Shown here piece after piece: positions 26,577 to 32,000 of a stretch of 32,000 nucleotides of DNA. Made by a program: the position numbers and the translations under genes. The notes beneath the pieces were generated by a model. That model had not been told where the DNA came from. It did no database searches and saw nothing but the letters and a program-made list of their open reading frames with translations. The number at the start of each line of letters is the position of its first letter. Within the stretch, counting starts at the first letter, position 1. Origin of the DNA: Polynucleobacter sp. MWH-CaK5 (GTDB taxonomy: Bacteria; Pseudomonadota; Gammaproteobacteria; Burkholderiales; Burkholderiaceae); the NCBI RefSeq assembly GCF_018687615.1, contig NZ_CP061299.1, positions 256,020 through 288,019 of the forward strand. The letters run 5' to 3'.

Positions 26577-27716
26577 ACTCATTAATTGGTGAGCTATTTT
26601 TTGCGACGAGAAATTCTGTGAAAATAACTTGGATTCTTCAGCATAATTTTTTCTAAGTGCGGCATTATTGCTAATTTCAAACATGGCTAAACCAAGTTCA
26701 TCGGGATTATCTTCAGTGAAAGAAATCAGTTTCCCTAATTTGCCATTTTGTAGGATATCTGTAGGCCCGGTTGGGCAGGCAAGAGAGATGATGGGGCATC
26801 CCAAGGCCATACCTTCCAGCAAGCTCACAGGAAAACCTTCTTCACGAGAGCTCATGACAAAACCACCTGCTTTAGCCAAGTAAGGGTGCGGATTGGTTTG
26901 GTAGCCTAAAAAGTAAACAGCTTCCTCTAAACCTAATTTTTTGCTCAGGTCAAGTAAATCAACCCTATCTTCACCATCTCCAATAATTGCCAATGACCAT
27001 TTGCAACCAAGTTCACGGGCTTTTGCAAATGACCTCAGTAATAAATGAATGTTTTTTTGATGGGTGAGTCTTGCTACAGAAACAAAGTACTCCCCAGGGG
27101 TGAGGTTTTCTGGAAAATCAATCGAGCACGCTGATTTTTTTAGAAGCGAATCTAAGTCTACTGGATTGGGAAGTACAAGGAGCTTATCTTTGAGATGGGG
27201 CCATACAAAACAAGCTTCTTCATACATTTCATCGCAAAGAACAACTAGTTTTTGATAATGCTTGAGGCGTTCTCCAATACGGCGAAGCTTGTTTGTGCCA
27301 CCATTTCTAAAACGTTTGGGTCTAAAGTGGAAAAACCCAATTTTGGGCGCACCAATTAGGTGTGCGGATCTCAATAGAGATAAATCATAGTCAACCACTA
27401 TATCTGCATGATGCTGATTGATGTGTTTGGCAATCAGCTTATGAATTTCAAATAATCCAATGGCATCAAGTAACTTATGGGCGATGCTTTTTTTTCGATT
27501 CATGTGCAAGTTTCCCCAAAAGCTCGTGCGGGGAAGCGCGCAATCATGATTCACAGCATCACTAATTTCTGATAAAAATGGGCTCTTGTGGTCTAACTCA
27601 TAAATTTGATGGAGGATGAATGTGTTATCTGCTCGTGGTAGTTCTAAAAGAATATTGGTCAGGGCACGCTCAATACCGTGCTTTCCAAAGACTCCAGTGT
27701 TGAAAAGTATTTTCAT
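26541..27716 (-). CDS. Family 4 (GT-B) glycosyltransferase
   Basis: SSREEGFPVSLLEGMALGCPIISLACPTGPTDIL (Ex7E region). The ATG at 27716 (MKILFNTGVFGKHG) forms an ATGA overlap with the waaL-like stop. The track's 32-codon upstream extension is rejected. Confidence 0.8.
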   Translation of the reverse strand: MKILFNTGVFGKHGIERALTNILLELPRADNTFILHQIYELDHKSPFLSEISDAVNHDCALPRTSFWGNLHMNRKKSIAHKLLDAIGLFEIHKLIAKHINQHHADIVVDYDLSLLRSAHLIGAPKIGFFHFRPKRFRNGGTNKLRRIGERLKHYQKLVVLCDEMYEEACFVWPHLKDKLLVLPNPVDLDSLLKKSACSIDFPENLTPGEYFVSVARLTHQKNIHLLLRSFAKARELGCKWSLAIIGDGEDRVDLLDLSKKLGLEEAVYFLGYQTNPHPYLAKAGGFVMSSREEGFPVSLLEGMALGCPIISLACPTGPTDILQNGKLGKLISFTEDNPDELGLAMFEISNNAALRKNYAEESKLFSQNFSSQKIAHQLMSLLRDIASNQRP

Positions 27717-28921
27717 TTTTCGGATGCCAACATGGCCCCTAGCCAAAACCAAATAAAGTGACCTTCGTGAAAGGTTGAGAAGTGTGAGTTTGCAAGACTG
27801 GTGGCGCACCATCCAATCAGCACTGTTAAGCCAATCATGCGATAAGGTTGGCTGACATTTTTGGTGATAAAGGCTGAAAAGATGATTGCCAAAAGTGCTA
27901 AAAATCCAATCACACCTTGTTCAACCAATATTTTTAAAAATTGATTATGTGGATCATTGGTTTTTGTTGCTGCTGGGCCAGTCAGATCTTTGATTTCATT
28001 ATCTAATCCAACGGCAAAAGCTCCCGTACCAATGCCCAAAACCGGATTCTTTTGAATCATTTCAATGCTGTGTTTCCACCAATAAGTTCTGACCCCAATA
28101 GATCCGGCGTCTCCAGAACTTCTGGGTTGAGTCATCTCTTGAATACCTTCTAAGATTCTATTTCTAGATTTTTCAGCAGTAACAAAGAGGCCACTGGACA
28201 TCACAATACTAGCTATCAAAACTAGAGTTCTTTTCTTGACTGATAAATTCCTGGTTTGATAAATCAAAAAAGAAATCAAGCAAATGAATGTGATGACATA
28301 GCCACTCCTTCCGTGAGTGACCGTTAAAATATTGATAAAAAATATCAAACTAGTAAAATACAAGGCAATCGATTGAATGTCAAAGATTGGTGACTTAGAT
28401 GCCTTGGTGAGGCAAATGAGCATGGCTATTCCAAAAAACATGCCTTGCGTCGCATGATTTTTGACAATGATTCCAGCGGAGGTTGTGTAAAAAAATGTAC
28501 CTGGGAAGTTATAGCTTAAAAACGACCATGCTAAGCAAGCAATAGACGTTATAAGAAAAGTTTGAATTATTAAATCTTTGGATGCTGTTTTAAAAAGAGC
28601 TACATAAGCAAATGGCAATATGAGAATTTTTCTCCAGCCATTGACCATGCCCCAAGCTTCATTGGATGGAGCAATGCTGTAGATTGCAGCAATAATAATA
28701 ATTGCATAAAAAAGTAGGGCTGTGATACATATGGGTGAATTGAGCGCCTTAATGAGTCGATTTCTTAATGTCTTAGAGCTGATCACACTCAGTATGAGTA
28801 GGCCTTCAAGGATGTTGACAACTGGGGCAGAGAAAAACAAAGCAATCGTTAGGCCAGCCGCAATCCATTGAGTGATTTTTACTTGTATATCTTCCAATGA
28901 ATGAATGGCTAAAGTGTTCAT
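27713..28921 (-). CDS. waaL: O-antigen ligase (WaaL)-like polytopic membrane protein
   Basis: About 10-12 hydrophobic segments and a Wzy_C-type motif NDPHNQFLKILVEQGVIGFLAL. Flanked by GT25 and GT4 genes, as is typical of core-oligosaccharide blocks. Ligase versus polymerase is an inference. Confidence 0.6.
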   Translation of the reverse strand: MNTLAIHSLEDIQVKITQWIAAGLTIALFFSAPVVNILEGLLILSVISSKTLRNRLIKALNSPICITALLFYAIIIIAAIYSIAPSNEAWGMVNGWRKILILPFAYVALFKTASKDLIIQTFLITSIACLAWSFLSYNFPGTFFYTTSAGIIVKNHATQGMFFGIAMLICLTKASKSPIFDIQSIALYFTSLIFFINILTVTHGRSGYVITFICLISFLIYQTRNLSVKKRTLVLIASIVMSSGLFVTAEKSRNRILEGIQEMTQPRSSGDAGSIGVRTYWWKHSIEMIQKNPVLGIGTGAFAVGLDNEIKDLTGPAATKTNDPHNQFLKILVEQGVIGFLALLAIIFSAFITKNVSQPYRMIGLTVLIGWCATSLANSHFSTFHEGHFIWFWLGAMLASEK

Positions 28922-29667
28922 ATTTTCTTAAAAAAATTGATTATGTCGTAATACGTTTGAGGACAAGTTCTGCGCTTAAATTTTTTCCACTCAAACAGTA
29001 ATCTGTTAACTGATGGACTTTTGCGGCTACGGTTTTTATCTAAGGTGGTGGGGAATAAGCCAAAGACACTGCCTTGGGTCACCAATGATTTTTTGGGCCA
29101 GTACTGTGTAATTGAGCAATCTTGATCAATTTTAACGGTTGCATGGTCGGCCGGTAATGAAATGCGGTGCTTTTCTAACCACTCCATCCTTAATTTTATG
29201 GCCGTTAGGTCGGTGATGTAGGCTTCAGCAGTCGGCATGCTTAATTCATACAGATCATCTTTGTATTTAAAGAATTCTTTGGGCACTTTGGTATCGGCAC
29301 CACCTAAAAAAATTAGATAGCCAGGGCTGATGTTATTTGCAGCCCGTAATACATTTTGTAGCTTTGTTGAAAAGTTGTCATCAAGAACGACATCATCCTC
29401 AAAAACTAAAATTTGTTGATGCTTGTTGTGCAGGGCTTTTTTCCATGCACAAATATGTTTGAGCGTGATTGATTTGGCGGCTGGTGATAACGTTGAAGGT
29501 TGCGAAAAATATTGCTGATCAACGGCGTCGTTAATTGCGTATATGTCGTAATCAAAAATAAACTCAAACGCAAGTTGATGCTTTGCCATCTCTTGTCGGA
29601 CATGGTTGATTCTGTCAGTGAATGTCTTGACAGATAAAACATAGATGGGCGGTAGTGAAATTGACAC
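28918..29667 (-). CDS. Family 25-like LPS/LOS glycosyltransferase
   Basis: N-terminus IYVLSVKTFTDRINHV..., ILVFEDDVVLDDNF, and a ~250-aa length resembling Lic2B/LgtB/LpsA-type GT25 enzymes. ATGA overlap with the downstream waaL-like gene. Confidence 0.5.
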   Translation of the reverse strand: MSISLPPIYVLSVKTFTDRINHVRQEMAKHQLAFEFIFDYDIYAINDAVDQQYFSQPSTLSPAAKSITLKHICAWKKALHNKHQQILVFEDDVVLDDNFSTKLQNVLRAANNISPGYLIFLGGADTKVPKEFFKYKDDLYELSMPTAEAYITDLTAIKLRMEWLEKHRISLPADHATVKIDQDCSITQYWPKKSLVTQGSVFGLFPTTLDKNRSRKSPSVNRLLFEWKKFKRRTCPQTYYDIINFFKKI

Positions 29668-29794
29668 GTTTTAGGTTTTTGTTTGATATTCCAAGTATTA
29701 TAAGTGATGAAAATGCTTGATTTAAGCAGTTTTTCAGGTAAGGCGACTTAAAGGTCCTAAATCCTGATTTGTCATTAATTTTGAGATATTTGCC
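29668..29794. promoter_or_regulatory. 127-bp divergent intergenic region between the GT25-waaL-GT4 operon (-) and galE (+)
   Basis: Divergent start codons flank an AT-rich spacer. No convincingly spaced sigma-70 hexamers were identified by eye. Confidence 0.35.
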
Positions 29795-30799
29795 ATGATT
29801 TTGCTAACGGGTGCTACAGGTTACATTGGATCTCATACATGGGTTGAGCTACTCAATGCTGGACATGAGGTTATTGGAATTGATAATCTTTGTAATTCCA
29901 GTGAAAAGTTATTAGCTCGAGTTGAGTCAATCACCAATATCAAGCCAAACTTTATCAGGGGTGATATTCGGAATATTGATGTGCTTAGAAAAATTTTTCA
30001 ATCTCACAATATTGATTGCGTTGTTCATTTCGCAGCACTAAAAGCCGTTGGCGAATCGGTTGAAAAACCCCTTGAGTATTACGATAATAATATTAATGGC
30101 TTGCTACAGCTTTTGCGGACATGCAATGAGTTCTCTTGTGAAAATTTTGTTTTTAGTTCATCTGCAACTGTTTACCACACTGAAAATAATCCGCCATATT
30201 TTGAAAATATGGCTTTAGGGCCTGTCAATCCCTATGGTTGGACCAAGATGATGAGTGAGCAGATTTTACGGAATTTTGAGGTTGCCTCTCTTTCCACTAG
30301 AGTTGCCTATTTACGTTACTTCAATCCTGTTGGAGCTCATGCCAGCGGTTTAATTGGAGAAAATCCATTAGGTGCACCCAATAATTTGATGCCTTACATA
30401 GCTCAAGTGGCCGTTGGTAGAAGAGAGCTTCTATCTATCTATGGCGGTGATTGGCCAACAGTAGATGGAACAGGTGTCCGTGACTACATTCACGTTGTTG
30501 ATTTGGCAAAAGGTCACATGGCAGCAATTGACTATTTGACTCAGCAAAAGAAATCATTGACGGTTAATCTTGGAACGGGGGTGGGTACGAGTGTCTTGCA
30601 ACTGGTGCATGCCTTTGAGATTGCAAGTAAGAAAAAAATACCTTATGAAATAGTTTCAAGGCGAGTTGGCGATATTGCTGTTTCTTACGCCAATACAGAT
30701 TTGGCTAAAAAACTAATGGGCTGGTCGGCTCATATGGGTGTTGACCAAATGTGCCAAGATGTCTGGCGCTGGCAATCCAATAACCCTTCAGGTTATTGA
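29795..30799 (+). CDS. galE: UDP-glucose 4-epimerase
   Basis: LLTGATGYIGSHT, SSSATVY, catalytic YGWTKMM (YxxxK), and VRDYIHVVDLAKGH, typical of GalE. 334 aa. Confidence 0.92.
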   Translation: MILLTGATGYIGSHTWVELLNAGHEVIGIDNLCNSSEKLLARVESITNIKPNFIRGDIRNIDVLRKIFQSHNIDCVVHFAALKAVGESVEKPLEYYDNNINGLLQLLRTCNEFSCENFVFSSSATVYHTENNPPYFENMALGPVNPYGWTKMMSEQILRNFEVASLSTRVAYLRYFNPVGAHASGLIGENPLGAPNNLMPYIAQVAVGRRELLSIYGGDWPTVDGTGVRDYIHVVDLAKGHMAAIDYLTQQKKSLTVNLGTGVGTSVLQLVHAFEIASKKKIPYEIVSRRVGDIAVSYANTDLAKKLMGWSAHMGVDQMCQDVWRWQSNNPSGY

Positions 30800-30826
30800 T
30801 TTAACTCGCCTGATGATACTGAGCTC

Positions 30827-32000
30827 ATGAAAAAAAATTGGTTGATTATTTCTCACGCTTTCAATATGGATGGAAGGGCTGCCAGTCAAACCATCACTGA
30901 TAAGATTCCTGATTTGTTGCATTCAGGAATCAATATTGAAGTTCTGAGTGCTAAGACTGGAGCTAAAGATTTAACCCTTAACCACATACAGCTTTTTCCA
31001 TGGGGACCTTCTGCGCTGCGCTTTGACTTTAGGCACTTCATTAGTTTGCGATTTGGAAAAGGGCTTTTTTATCGAGTATCAACCGGATTAGCGGGAGCCT
31101 TGCTTGCCCCATTTGTTTTACTCGAAAAGTCTCTCATTGGACTTTCTAGCCAGTGGTCATGGTTTATGCCAGCTACTTTCGTGGGCATTTTCAAAGTTAT
31201 TTTTGGGCGTGTTGATATTGTTTATTCGACGGGTGGTGCATGGTCTGCACATTTGGCAGGATGGTTAATAAAAACTCTAACTAATGTCACTTGGATTGTT
31301 GAAATTCATGATCCATTGGTATTTGCATCAGATCAGCATAAAAAAAGTATCGGTAGCCATCGCGATTTAGCGACACAAAAATGGCTTGAGTCAAAAATAG
31401 CTGATAAAGCTGATGTAGTCTGGTGGTTCACAAAAGGAGCTTACCAAGCCGCCTGCACAAGACATCCTAAATTCATAAAAACTGGTTTTTGTATTTTGCC
31501 TGGAGTGAAGCCGCCATTGGATATCTTTCATCAATACGAAAAGCGATTGTGTATGAGCTTTTCTCATTTTGGATCTTTATCGAGTACCAGATCATTAAAA
31601 CCTTTTTTAAGCGCTTTACATAATTTTCTAAAAAAGTATCCTGAGCGGCTAAGCGAATTTTCTGTTGATGTATATGGCTCTGATTTGGATGAGCTCTCTA
31701 AAGAATATTTAAAGAATAATCTTTTAGCTTCTCTGGTTAAAGTACATGGGCGATTAGAGTTTAATCCTAATTCTGGAATGTCTGGACGTGATCAAATTTT
31801 AAGAAAAATGCATGAATCCGATGTTCTCCTTTTAATGCATGGCGATACTGATTGGTGTTCTGAATATATACCCTCAAAGGTCTATGAGTATTTTTATGCC
31901 AACCGTCCAGTATTAGCAGTGACACACCTTAATAAAGAACTGGATCAAATTATTTTGGATAGAAATGGGTATGTAGCTAAAACAATTGATCTTGATTCAA
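30827..32000 (+). CDS. Putative GT-B glycosyltransferase, 3' end truncated by the window edge (not in the supplied ORF track)
   Basis: My own translation from the ATG at 30827 (MKKNWLIISHAFNMDGRAASQTITDK...) stays open for all 391 codons to position 32000. The C-terminal part (IPSKVYEYFYANRPVLAV) resembles the GT-B Ex7E region. Confidence 0.5.
   Translation, partial: MKKNWLIISHAFNMDGRAASQTITDKIPDLLHSGINIEVLSAKTGAKDLTLNHIQLFPWGPSALRFDFRHFISLRFGKGLFYRVSTGLAGALLAPFVLLEKSLIGLSSQWSWFMPATFVGIFKVIFGRVDIVYSTGGAWSAHLAGWLIKTLTNVTWIVEIHDPLVFASDQHKKSIGSHRDLATQKWLESKIADKADVVWWFTKGAYQAACTRHPKFIKTGFCILPGVKPPLDIFHQYEKRLCMSFSHFGSLSSTRSLKPFLSALHNFLKKYPERLSEFSVDVYGSDLDELSKEYLKNNLLASLVKVHGRLEFNPNSGMSGRDQILRKMHESDVLLLMHGDTDWCSEYIPSKVYEYFYANRPVLAVTHLNKELDQIILDRNGYVAKTIDLDS

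Noticed and set aside
27717-27812. A 32-codon N-terminal extension of the GT4 ORF (track start 27812). Similar upstream extensions occur at 4215, 5638, 16776, 18924, 22108 and 22958.
   Set aside because: The extensions overlap the preceding gene and begin with rare start codons or lack family-typical sequence. Internal ATGs give canonical N-termini such as [22 protein letters not shown] and MKILTINASD, and produce ATGA-type coupling with the upstream stop.
16029-30837. Homopolymer tracts near 5' ends of surface-glycan genes as possible phase-variation switches: T9 at 16029-16037 (deacetylase), T8 followed by G4 at 21014-21025 (wzy-like), A8 at 24690-24697 (wbpM-like) and A8 at 30830-30837 (last GT).
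   Set aside because: The tracts are only 8-9 nt of A or T in a very AT-rich region. They mostly encode Lys/Phe-rich N-termini or TM segments, which are expected by composition. Variation cannot be seen in a single sequence. It would only be worth revisiting with population or long-read data.
1-32000. Scanned by eye for CRISPR-like regular repeats, tRNA/rRNA-like GC-rich structured segments, transposase/integrase ORFs and long direct or inverted repeats flanking the AT-rich core.
   Set aside because: None was recognised. Every ORF of at least 180 aa has a glycan- or phosphonate-related or hypothetical assignment, and the non-coding gaps are short (at most 249 bp). Long-range repeat detection really needs a dot-plot, which I could not run.

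Overview
Nearly the whole 32-kb window is one cell-surface glycan locus (LPS O-antigen/core or capsule type) from an AT-rich Gram-negative genome. A freshwater betaproteobacterium is only my guess. I found no rRNA, tRNA, CRISPR array or recognisable IS/transposase. Left to right: (1) a small HTH protein and a 346-aa protein of unknown function. (2) Nucleotide-sugar genes: rmlB-rmlD-rmlC with no rmlA, then manC-gmd-fcl for GDP-mannose and GDP-L-fucose. (3) A minus-strand, translationally coupled three-gene phosphonate module: a cytidylyltransferase-PEP mutase fusion, phosphonopyruvate decarboxylase and an iron-type alcohol dehydrogenase. (4) Divergent from it, a run of 14 tightly packed plus-strand genes (about 15 kb): an MsbA/PglK-like ABC exporter, a LicD-family transferase, two paralogous GNT-I-like GT-A proteins, a SAM methyltransferase, a NodB-type deacetylase, GT2/GT4 transferases, a GT11 alpha-1,2-fucosyltransferase, a Wzy-like protein, a small PglC-type phosphoglycosyltransferase and a WbpM/PglF/CapD-type dehydratase. 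(5) A minus-strand core-like block of GT25, WaaL-like and GT4 genes. (6) galE and a further glycosyltransferase ORF that runs off the window end and is missing from the supplied track. The main candidate for something new is the phosphonate module. It has the gene content of the early fosfomycin pathway (Fom1/Fom2/FomC logic, giving CMP-2-hydroxyethylphosphonate) but no antibiotic tailoring genes. It sits back-to-back with a LicD transferase and a glycan assembly line, which suggests a 2-hydroxyethylphosphonate-decorated surface polysaccharide. All functional calls come from motifs read by eye in the translations. No database search was run.
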